A stretch of 64,000 nucleotides of DNA from Deltaproteobacteria bacterium UBA2409 (GTDB lineage Bacteria > Bdellovibrionota_C > UBA2361 > DDRT01). The position numbers and the translations under genes are program-made. The notes beneath the pieces are model-generated. The model did not search any database, was not told the origin of the DNA, and was given only the letters and a program-made list of their open reading frames with translations. The stretch spans positions 400,215-464,214 of the forward strand of contig DDRT01000001.1 in assembly GCA_002343185.1 (NCBI GenBank), written 5' to 3'. Below are positions 56,917 to 64,000 of this stretch, one piece after another. Within the stretch, counting starts at the first letter, position 1, and every line of letters begins with the position of its first letter.

Positions 56917-58575
56917 CTATCGAACCAAGTATGGCTCATTCTCAGCTGTGTCGTCAGCACTTGGGAATACCTTGGATCTGCAATCGATGCGTGCTCTGAC
57001 TAGATTGCACGGCCTTACTGATTCAGCAGGTGTTGTAAAAGAAAAAGGATTTTGAGTGCTCGGATTAAAGTCTTCTTGTATAAGCCCGGCGCAAGATCTA
57101 AGCTCTTCGCTCGTTGAGGATATACTTGGAAGTGAAGCTACACTCCCAATATCGAAATCATAAATGTAAGCAGTGATAAATCCTACAATCTTGTACTCTG
57201 TGCTTGCAGAGACTGTCCCAGAACAGCCTTCACTGGAAGCAATTATCGGAACTCTAGCTTTCCAAACATTCGAATCAGGCATAATTCCTAAATCTGGTGA
57301 GCAGCCACCATTTGATTCAAGGGCTACCCCTTGAAAATGATTCCAATCTGTTCCCCATCCGGTTCTAGCAGAGCCGCATACTCCAAATTGGTTTATTCGA
57401 GGTCTTCTTACATCCTCAGAACAAAAACTCTGATCTCTATCACTTATAAAAGATCTATTTGTAAATTGAATTATATCGGACTCTAAAGATCGAAAATTCA
57501 CACTACTTTCATTATGGCCCATTACTAGGTTAGAGAGCCTGTCTTTTAAGCTGATATCAGTTAATCCATTTTTTAAAACTCCAAAGGAGTCTCCGATTTT
57601 TGTATCTCCAAGGCAGCCATTTTCAGAATTAAGAATAGGAAGAACTGCGTCGATTGATGCTTCACCGACTACACCTGGAGCTCCGACTACCCCAAAATTT
57701 TGACTTGGAACCTCATAACTTGGTGATAGATAAGAGCAGCTATTTATGCTTAGCCCCTGAGGGGTTTCAATCGGCCCCGGCCCCCAGTTTAAATAATCCC
57801 AGTGCTCTACGTTTAGTGCAGTCATGACGTCCATCACATTTGGAATGAGAGAGTAATTAAAATCAGGAATGACGTTACAGTTTTCTCCTGGAGGACAGTA
57901 TCTATTTGATTCAGTAAAAAGCCTGTCAGCCCTACAGATCATTTTTTGGTCGAACCCTCCATCTTGGTCAAGCATTGAGCATAGTGGAATTGCAAAAGGA
58001 GCTGAGCATTCTCCTTTTGATGGTGGCTTTGCAACTGAAATACTTTCTGATGAAACCGAAAGTGCTCCATAAAGAAATGAGGGTAAGAAAGAGAGAATTG
58101 ATTCTCGCTCTAGACTTATTTTTAAAGCATTGTAAACCATAAAGTTTGGAGTGCCCGGGTTTAGCTCTTGCCACTCATGTTCAAGAACTTCAAATGAATC
58201 AATCCATCTGCCTCGCTCGATTTTTATTTTTACCCCTTCAGTCTCCCATTCAGTTGAATTTTGAGCCTCATCAAGACTTCCTTCGGACCCTGTTAGTTCT
58301 CGCTCTATATATCTTAGTGCTGTAATTCTTGATTTATTGAAACATTCTTTAGAAGAGCATGTCTCTCTAGCTCCAATTTTTGCAGAAATATCAGAAAGCG
58401 TTTGATACTTTACATCAAGGTATTTAATGTAAAGTAAAGATACTGCAAACGCTATAACAACTAAAAATACAGGAAGTATTATAACAAGGTATGGAAGAAC
58501 AATTCCATTATGTGCAGCCGACGGGGTTTTCAATTTTTCCAACAAAGCTCTTTTTAACCTGAGAAAGTGTTCCAA
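56917..58575 (-). CDS. TadG-like large pseudopilin-related protein (552 aa).
   Basis: N-terminal hydrophobic helix (IVLPYLVIILPVFLVVIAFAVSLLYI) after a short polar leader. It follows two TadE-like genes on the same strand. The start may be downstream of 58575 (overlap with the upstream ORF). Confidence 0.35.
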   Translation of the reverse strand: MEHFLRLKRALLEKLKTPSAAHNGIVLPYLVIILPVFLVVIAFAVSLLYIKYLDVKYQTLSDISAKIGARETCSSKECFNKSRITALRYIERELTGSEGSLDEAQNSTEWETEGVKIKIERGRWIDSFEVLEHEWQELNPGTPNFMVYNALKISLERESILSFLPSFLYGALSVSSESISVAKPPSKGECSAPFAIPLCSMLDQDGGFDQKMICRADRLFTESNRYCPPGENCNVIPDFNYSLIPNVMDVMTALNVEHWDYLNWGPGPIETPQGLSINSCSYLSPSYEVPSQNFGVVGAPGVVGEASIDAVLPILNSENGCLGDTKIGDSFGVLKNGLTDISLKDRLSNLVMGHNESSVNFRSLESDIIQFTNRSFISDRDQSFCSEDVRRPRINQFGVCGSARTGWGTDWNHFQGVALESNGGCSPDLGIMPDSNVWKARVPIIASSEGCSGTVSASTEYKIVGFITAYIYDFDIGSVASLPSISSTSEELRSCAGLIQEDFNPSTQNPFSFTTPAESVRPCNLVRARIDCRSKVFPSADDTAENEPYLVR

Positions 58576-58861
58576 GATATGGGGAAAAATTTACAGTAAA
58601 CTCTAAGAAAAGACCATCATTTCCAAACCTCTCCCCCTCAATCAATACAGAATCTCCGAGGTTTTGGTCTATATTCTCTCTAGCAACCTCAAGACATTCT
58701 CCTTCTTCTGCGATAGTGGTTTCTCTAAAGGCATTGAGCATAGCAAGTTCAATCTCTGATTTTTTAACCCAGCATGCTGTATAAATGAGGCTTCCAAAGA
58801 TTAAAGTAAGTATTATTGGAATTATGATAGTAGCCTCAAGTAGCACATTACCCCGTTGCAT
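58508..58861 (-). CDS. TadE-like pseudopilin.
   Basis: MQRGNVLLEATIIIPIILTLIFGSLIY matches the TadE N-terminal pattern. The start is set at the internal Met. The track ORF extends to 58966. Confidence 0.5.
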   Translation of the reverse strand: MQRGNVLLEATIIIPIILTLIFGSLIYTACWVKKSEIELAMLNAFRETTIAEEGECLEVARENIDQNLGDSVLIEGERFGNDGLFLEFTVNFSPYLGTLSQVKKSFVGKIENPVGCT

Positions 58862-59276
58862 GACGTATCCCCCTAGTATTGCAGCTCGATGTATTATTAA
58901 TAAGTCCACTCTTAAGAACTGCGGTTGATGAAACTTTGACGGGTAAAAGATTAAAAGCCCCACCATCTTTATTAATCTTAATATTTAGTCGTGCAGGGTT
59001 AGAAGAGGTGAGATTAATCTCAACATTTAATTCGGAGACCGGAATATGATCTGCCGACAAACTACTATATATTATGTCTCTTGTCTGTTGGCAGACAGTC
59101 TCATCTATGTTGCCGATTTTCATCACCTCAAATGAAGATCTTCTTAACGAATCTTGGATTGTTATCATTTGGTTTAAATTAAAAAGGGTATTAAGTGTCG
59201 TAAAGGTAAGGAAAATTAAAAGAGGTAGCCCAATAGCTGCCTCAATTAATGCTGCACCTTTTTGTGATGACACCAT
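58848..59276 (-). CDS. TadE-like pseudopilin (142 aa).
   Basis: N-terminus SQKGAALIEAAIGLPLLIFLTF. Confidence 0.5.
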   Translation of the reverse strand: MVSSQKGAALIEAAIGLPLLIFLTFTTLNTLFNLNQMITIQDSLRRSSFEVMKIGNIDETVCQQTRDIIYSSLSADHIPVSELNVEINLTSSNPARLNIKINKDGGAFNLLPVKVSSTAVLKSGLINNTSSCNTRGIRHATG

Positions 59277-59348
59277 GTTCAGATATCCAATAATGGATAA
59301 ATTCTGTGTCCTATAATCTTATTAATTTACTCAATATCCAAAGTATTC

Positions 59349-60707
59349 CTAGTTCCTCCTCCCTGTATTTCTTAGTAATCCTAAAGCAATTTGTGGCTGA
59401 TTATTAGCTTGAGCAAGAACAGAAGCCCCAATATTTTGGAGAATCTGTTTTCTTACTAGCTCTGCTGATTCATCAGCAATATCTGCATCCTTAATTCTGC
59501 TTTCTGCTGCTATTGTGTTTTCTCTGGCAGAGAATACCTGATTAAGAGCAACTCCAAGTCTACTCATCATCGCTCCAAATGTGCCTCTTAGAGTGTTAAG
59601 GCTATCTAGCCTGTTTCTTAGTATTGTTAAGCTGTCTCTACTACGCTGGGCGGTTTCAACTCCCGTAAAGTCTAAGGCGGTTTGGGTAGACTGATCCTGG
59701 TTTACTGAGAATGTAAGGCCACTAAAATCTAGATCTAAGTCAGCTGATGCACCATCCATTGTGAGACCTACATTGTAGGAAGTGCCAGAATTTGAAGATG
59801 TGCCAATCACTCTCCCTGTAGATTCATCGAAAGTAACAGTAAAGTCGTTACCGGAACCGAAAACACCTCCATCTGATACGGTAGCATAATCCCACTGACC
59901 ATTTTGGTTCTTAAAGAAAAGCGCAAAAGAGACAGCAACCTGACCTGAATTGGTATAAGAACTTCCAAAGCTTCCATCATCGCTATAATCGAAAGCCGCG
60001 ATTGCTATTTCATAGGAACGCCCATCACTTCCAGCAACGGTAGTATAGAAAACACCGCTAAAAACTGAAGAAGGATCTCCCCCACTTACAGCAGAAATTA
60101 TCGCATCAAAATCTGCCGCATCTAATTCGCCATCAACGTTTGAACCGTAGGTTCCGGATCGAATGGTACTAAGATTAAAATGCCCACTTAAAAAAGAAGT
60201 ATCACCAGTTCTAACACTTAAAAGTGAATTAGAAGCACCAGTAATTCCAGCTTGAAGTGTGAGTTCTCTTAGTCCATCAGATCTGTCTCCTCGAAGGAGT
60301 TTTAATCCATTAAAGATGGTTGAATCAGCTATTCTTGCAAATTCTTTCTGTAAGGCGCGGTACTCATTTTGAAGACTAGCCCTTTGGGTAGTTGAATAAG
60401 TTCCATTTGCTGATTGTTCAGCAAGTTCTAAAAGTCTTGTAACGATACCAGTTTGGCTACCTAGAGCTGAGTCAGCGATGTTTAAAAGCGATAGCCCATC
60501 ACTTATATTTCTTGAGGCTGTGCTATATAGCCTTGAATCAGCATTAAGAGATGTTGCAACTGCAAGACCTGCCGCATCATCGCTTGCTCTATTAATTCTC
60601 ATTCCAGAAGAGAGTCGTTCGTAGGTGCGCTCAAGCGAGCTTGTAGTATCGCTTAATCTTCTTTGAGCCCCTAGTGAGGGTATGTTTGCACCAATCCTTA
60701 TGCTCAA
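59349..60707 (-). CDS. fliC: Flagellin.
   Basis: Conserved flagellin N-domain (…LSSGMRINRASDDAAGLAVA…SRNISDGLSLLNIADSAL…) and C-domain (…LVRKQILQNIGASVLAQANNQPQIALGLL). TTG start preceded by AAGGAG. Confidence 0.85.
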   Translation of the reverse strand: MSIRIGANIPSLGAQRRLSDTTSSLERTYERLSSGMRINRASDDAAGLAVATSLNADSRLYSTASRNISDGLSLLNIADSALGSQTGIVTRLLELAEQSANGTYSTTQRASLQNEYRALQKEFARIADSTIFNGLKLLRGDRSDGLRELTLQAGITGASNSLLSVRTGDTSFLSGHFNLSTIRSGTYGSNVDGELDAADFDAIISAVSGGDPSSVFSGVFYTTVAGSDGRSYEIAIAAFDYSDDGSFGSSYTNSGQVAVSFALFFKNQNGQWDYATVSDGGVFGSGNDFTVTFDESTGRVIGTSSNSGTSYNVGLTMDGASADLDLDFSGLTFSVNQDQSTQTALDFTGVETAQRSRDSLTILRNRLDSLNTLRGTFGAMMSRLGVALNQVFSARENTIAAESRIKDADIADESAELVRKQILQNIGASVLAQANNQPQIALGLLRNTGRRN

Positions 60708-60735
60708 TCTGGCTCTCCTTAGCCGTTGCGTAAAA

Positions 60736-60763
60736 GAATCGGGATTAAGTTAGTGAGCTTTAG
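60736..60763 (-). promoter_or_regulatory. Candidate sigma-28 (FliA)-type promoter for the flagellin gene.
   Basis: Minus-strand reading: TAAAG-N14-CCCGATTC, versus consensus TAAA-N15-GCCGATAA. It lies about 30 nt upstream of the flagellin start. Confidence 0.35.
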
Positions 60764-60834
60764 CAATTTATGATTTTTCCAAAGTTTGATGTGAGCAAAT
60801 TCAAGTACTTAGCATATAAAAATGATTAAAGAAG

Positions 60835-60864
60835 ACGAAAAAACTTGCACAAAAAATTGTGCAG
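60835..60864 (-). terminator. Rho-independent terminator-like hairpin for the upstream (disrupted) gene.
   Basis: Minus strand: CTGCACAA-tttt-TTGTGCAAG followed by TTTTTTCG. Confidence 0.4.
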
Positions 60865-60899
60865 TTGGTTGAAGAAATTGAGCGATTAACAGATCGATC

Positions 60900-61680
60900 T
60901 TAGTGAGGGACTAATCCTTAAGTTTACTCATTAGCTCTTCTCTAAAGCTATCAATCCAATATTGTTTTACGTTCTCATCAAGATGTAAGACTGACCCTTC
61001 CCCATGTTTTTCTTTTAGATATGCTCTTTATCCCTCAAACATAAGATCCCCAACTCGATTAACTTCGGCTTCGACTGCCTCAATCCCGTTATTGTCCTTT
61101 GTACCGGGCAGAGTATAGTAATCCTTACCAGTCACAAGTTTAAAAGCGGTGTCATAGCACCTTGAGCTATTTGTTATTGTCATTTTATGGACTGGACCTT
61201 CATGAGTTTCGATAATAGCGGATTCATCCGGCCGGTCGCTAACATCTTTTATCTTGGCTCTACGTAGATCGTTTGCATAATTTATAGCTTTTTTAACATA
61301 TAATTCATCAATATCGTTTCCGAGCCCTGAAGAAGATCTAAAGATCTCGATATTCCGATCATCAATTTTTTTGACTTCTTCTACTAACCTATCTTTAATA
61401 CTTGGGACACGAGCAACAAAAATACGCTCTTCCTCTGATAGAGATCCTCCACCTGTTTCAAGGCGAGCATGCAGTGAAGTAAGTCTCTCTTGAATTAATT
61501 CACGAAGGTCAAGAATCTGCTCTTTTTTGTTTTAGTAGAGTCTGACTCTCCCCCAGCAACTTCTCTTAGTACTTTTATAACCGCATCTAGTTTTTCAACG
61601 TCTAAAGTAATGAGAGAGTAATCTCCCATGCACTTAGCTAGATCAGTAACTTTAGGAGTATTCTCTATCATGGTCCTCTA
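60900..61680 (-). pseudogene. Coding remnant interrupted by at least two frameshifts. No intact ORF of 60 aa or more, although protein-like translation continues across three frames.
   Basis: Manual translation, minus strand: MIENTPKVTDLAKCMGDYSLITLDVEKLDAVIKVLREVAGGESDSTKTKK then a frame change (at the A-run AAAACAAAAAAG), then NKKEQILDLRELIQERLTSLHARLETGGGSLSEEERIFVARVPSIKDRL…EAEVNRVGDLMFEG then another frame change, then RAYLKEKHGEGSVLHLDENVKQYWIDSFREELMSKLKD*. The upstream 62-aa track ORF (61652-61840) may be part of the same unit. Confidence 0.4.
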
Positions 61681-61935
61681 AGCATATGAGCTCGATAAAT
61701 CGCTCTAAGTTCTCTATCTCATTAATGGCGATTAGAATTTTTTGTATATCCTCATCCACTTTAGATGATATGCTCAAAAAATCTATATCAGTGTCTTTAA
61801 AGGATAAAACTTTCCCAATTTGAGAGTTTTTCTTATACACCCCTACTGTAGCTCTAAGTATAACTAGGAAAATCTTCTACACCTTACTAATCACTTTCAT
61901 CATTTTGAAAGTCTCAAGCGCTTAAATGTTCAGGT

Positions 61936-62493
61936 ATGGCAGTATTAGGCCGACAAAACCAACTAAGAATGAGTCAACGTGGCACCACAAGTAGTGTTTT
62001 TATAACTCAATGCCTAGTATTCATTGCAGCTTCCTTTTTAGTTACCTCAGCAAGAGAACAAGATCAAAGAATACAAAATCTGGATGCTTTGTTGCGAGTT
62101 GGTGGTGTCGGTAGTCTATATAGAGGGGAAAATGACCCGTCTCTTCCTAGCTCATTTGGTGGAGAGGGGCTTTGTTTTGCAGAAGTATTTGTTGATGATG
62201 CGACAAAGGATATAAGTATCGAGAGAACACAAGGCACTTGCCCTCAGTCAGAGTTAATTGAGGATCTGGTTATACAAAGAGTTTTAGAGTTTCCACACGG
62301 CCACTCTATGTTAGTTTTTGATCAAACTTTAGGGGTCCATACTGGTTTAATATTAGAGATGGCAGGGAGCATAAGTCAGAGATTAGTTGGACAGATGAGT
62401 GGAGCAATCGCTCTGCCAGGTGGCAATGTGTATCCAGGAGGAGGCCAGCAGATCCAAAACCCAGGGGAGGCTATACCTGGAATACCATCTTGA
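61936..62493 (+). CDS. Hypothetical secreted/membrane-anchored Gly-rich protein (185 aa).
   Basis: N-terminal hydrophobic segment VFITQCLVFIAASFLVTSA. The C-terminus is Gly/Pro-rich. Confidence 0.35.
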   Translation: MAVLGRQNQLRMSQRGTTSSVFITQCLVFIAASFLVTSAREQDQRIQNLDALLRVGGVGSLYRGENDPSLPSSFGGEGLCFAEVFVDDATKDISIERTQGTCPQSELIEDLVIQRVLEFPHGHSMLVFDQTLGVHTGLILEMAGSISQRLVGQMSGAIALPGGNVYPGGGQQIQNPGEAIPGIPS

Positions 62494-62495
62494 GA

Positions 62496-62729
62496 TTACT
62501 CAGGGCAAAGCTCAGGATCGCAATTTGATTCACATTTAAGACATAAATCAGAGCCTGAAAAAGTTTCACGAACATTTTCTTCTCTTCTTTGAAAAGCACC
62601 AAATAAAAACAAAGCTGCTAATGTCATCACTACAAGAATAAGTACAAATGCTAAAACTGATTCTGGAATAACAGCGCCGAGTTGTTTATCCGACTGGAGT
62701 GGCTTTATTGTCCCCCGTAGTTTTTTCAC
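62496..62729 (-). CDS. Small single-pass membrane protein (77 aa). Candidate Flp-family pilin-like protein with a Cys-rich C-terminal tail.
   Basis: Leader MKKLRGTIKPLQSDKQLG, then AVIPESVLAFVLILVVMTLAALFLFGAF (Gly before a hydrophobic helix, with Glu at +5 as in Flp/type-IV pilins), then CLKCESNCDPELC. 4-nt ATGA overlap with the upstream 409-aa gene. Confidence 0.3.
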   Translation of the reverse strand: MKKLRGTIKPLQSDKQLGAVIPESVLAFVLILVVMTLAALFLFGAFQRREENVRETFSGSDLCLKCESNCDPELCPE

Positions 62730-63955
62730 AATACTTGCATCGTATAAGTTAGATAGTTTCTGTAAAAGTTTAACGCCCTATCGTAAATATTAGGCTTAAT
62801 ATCAGGATTATATAAAAGATCCCGCCAAAATCTATTTACCTCGCTAGGTTTATACTCTCCTGTGCCAGGGTCGTAGCTATTCTGACAGTAGCTAGGATAT
62901 ATGAACTCTCCAGATTCATTTCTTTCACATGGTTCAATACTTAAGACTGAATTTAAACCAGGTCTACCAAGTTGATTATTTTCAAGGAGATCTTTGAGCT
63001 CAGTTGCTTCACTTAATTTTGTCATGCTGTATGGGAAGAGCACTAACCTGATAGGTCTTATTGGTCCTGCACTTCCGACAATGTTAGGAGTGCTAGTTTG
63101 GTACCATTCTCCAAGCTCTCTTACTAATCTAGAGGTTAGGTTGTGAGCAACTAAGATCAAGATTGGAAAATCGTTAATTCTATCTAGTTTATCCTGACCC
63201 TCAAATATTGAAATACTACCAGGCGCGACTGGGCCAAGAGCTCCAGGGTTACTAAGAGCCGATCCCCCTGACCAATACTGGGCTAGTCCTTTTATATCAG
63301 GGTCTATTCGTACGTCTTGTGTTTCTTTGCAGAACATATCTAAAAGAGAGCTGCGGTAAGGGCATAATCTAAGAGCACCTATCTGTGATAAGAGCTCCGA
63401 TGCTGTTACAGGAGGTATAATTTCTCCATCATATTGCCAGGAAATCTCAGATTGATTGATCTCAAACTCGGTTGCAGCGTTAAAGTTTGTAGGCTCTGTG
63501 ATTCTAGATACAGAGTATGGGGAGTTAAAAGGTTTGCCCCCACTAGCATAGAGATGAGTACACTGAGGGATCTGAGCTAATGTTAAAGCTCGAACCTCTT
63601 CGGCTCCTGTTGCTGCTGTAAGATTACCTCCAAGGCTTATTTTATTTAAAATCCCATTGATTTCATAATCATAACCTGAAACTTTGAACCCTCTGTAGTT
63701 AATGAGCGAGTACGGTGCTCTAAATGATTGTTTTGTTAAGTCCATGCCCTTCTCTACTGCCAAAGTTGGTGGCACGTTAAAGTCACCACTTTCTCCATCG
63801 ACTGTACTGTTTACAAACAGGACTTCAGTCGAATGTCTAAATCGTCCATCTCGGGCCAAAATTTCCATTAATGCAGATAGAAATGCATTTCTAACCATTG
63901 CAACTGGGTTAAGGCACGATTCTTTTCTGGCTGTAACTTCCGGAGGTTCTCCCAT
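62726..63955 (-). CDS. Hypothetical protein (409 aa or more; the N-terminus may extend beyond the annotated start toward the window end).
   Basis: Long clean ORF with no recognisable motif. Co-directional with, and overlapping, the small Cys-tail membrane protein. Confidence 0.45.
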   Translation of the reverse strand: MGEPPEVTARKESCLNPVAMVRNAFLSALMEILARDGRFRHSTEVLFVNSTVDGESGDFNVPPTLAVEKGMDLTKQSFRAPYSLINYRGFKVSGYDYEINGILNKISLGGNLTAATGAEEVRALTLAQIPQCTHLYASGGKPFNSPYSVSRITEPTNFNAATEFEINQSEISWQYDGEIIPPVTASELLSQIGALRLCPYRSSLLDMFCKETQDVRIDPDIKGLAQYWSGGSALSNPGALGPVAPGSISIFEGQDKLDRINDFPILILVAHNLTSRLVRELGEWYQTSTPNIVGSAGPIRPIRLVLFPYSMTKLSEATELKDLLENNQLGRPGLNSVLSIEPCERNESGEFIYPSYCQNSYDPGTGEYKPSEVNRFWRDLLYNPDIKPNIYDRALNFYRNYLTYTMQVL

Positions 63956-64000
63956 ATAACCTGTGGATTTTCTTGTTGTGAGGCTTGGAAGAGTAAGTTC

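Noticed and set aside
57869-58174. Small ORFs on both strands inside the TadG-like gene.
   Set aside because: They are shadow ORFs.
1-64000. Searched for a CRISPR array, rRNA/tRNA genes, integrase/transposase/phage genes and toxin-antitoxin pairs.
   Set aside because: There are no direct-repeat/spacer arrays. The repeats present are palindromic REP/MITE-like, not CRISPR-like. There are no tRNA cloverleaf-length conserved segments in the few intergenic gaps, and no recombinase-like ORFs. A decisive check would be tRNAscan/Infernal and an ISfinder search.

Overview
This is a gene-dense 64 kb chromosomal window from a moderate-GC (about 40-45%) Gram-negative bacterium. Roughly 60 CDS are supported and there are almost no long non-coding gaps.

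The gene content (IF3 with a basic N-terminal extension, Skp, a TonB/TonB-dependent-receptor pair, Tad-like pseudopilins, flagellin, several '23S rRNA intervening sequence' four-helix-bundle proteins, secreted proteases) is reminiscent of Bdellovibrio-and-like / Oligoflexia-type deltaproteobacteria. That is an impression, not a determination.

Housekeeping and metabolic content, in order:
- A 5'-truncated RND heavy-metal efflux pump followed by an outer-membrane factor.
- GTP-PEPCK, a GT2 glycosyltransferase, an SDR and an acyl-CoA dehydrogenase.
- A short SbcCD pair and QueC.
- An acyl-CoA catabolic block: HIT protein, enoyl-CoA hydratase, acyl-CoA dehydrogenase, and a split methylmalonyl-CoA-mutase-family enzyme (545-aa catalytic subunit plus a separately encoded 133-aa B12-binding subunit).
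- MiaB, a DUF151 nuclease-like protein, IlvA, an HMG-CoA-lyase-like protein, FolK, RpiA and Acs.
- Skp, an HDOD protein, class-II fumarase/aspartase, IF3, a MoxR ATPase and a thiolase.
- TonB plus a TonB-dependent receptor, a DUF58-transglutaminase-TPR operon, a secreted HExxH peptidase with a Thr/Pro linker, and flagellin.

Features worth a second look:
- Two families of GC-rich palindromic intergenic repeats (REP/MITE-like). They occur in at least 8 places, including nested copies and copies that run into the 3' ends of genes.
- A 2.6 kb pair of convergent orphan genes (one with a class-I methyltransferase fold) sits between the two halves of the split mutase. The B12 subunit is co-transcribed with a 552-aa ribokinase-superfamily-like orphan.
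- Two separate triads of TadG/TadE-like pseudopilin genes lack any Tad secretion machinery in the window. One triad lies beside flagellin and a candidate Flp-like pilin with a Cys-rich tail.
- A frameshift-disrupted gene lies next to flagellin.
- Divergent Avd-like four-helix-bundle paralogs share a perfect 20-bp-arm palindrome that contains both Shine-Dalgarno sequences.
- infC is sandwiched and translationally coupled between a MoxR ATPase and a 376-aa orphan.

No rRNA, tRNA, CRISPR array, integrase or transposase was recognised.
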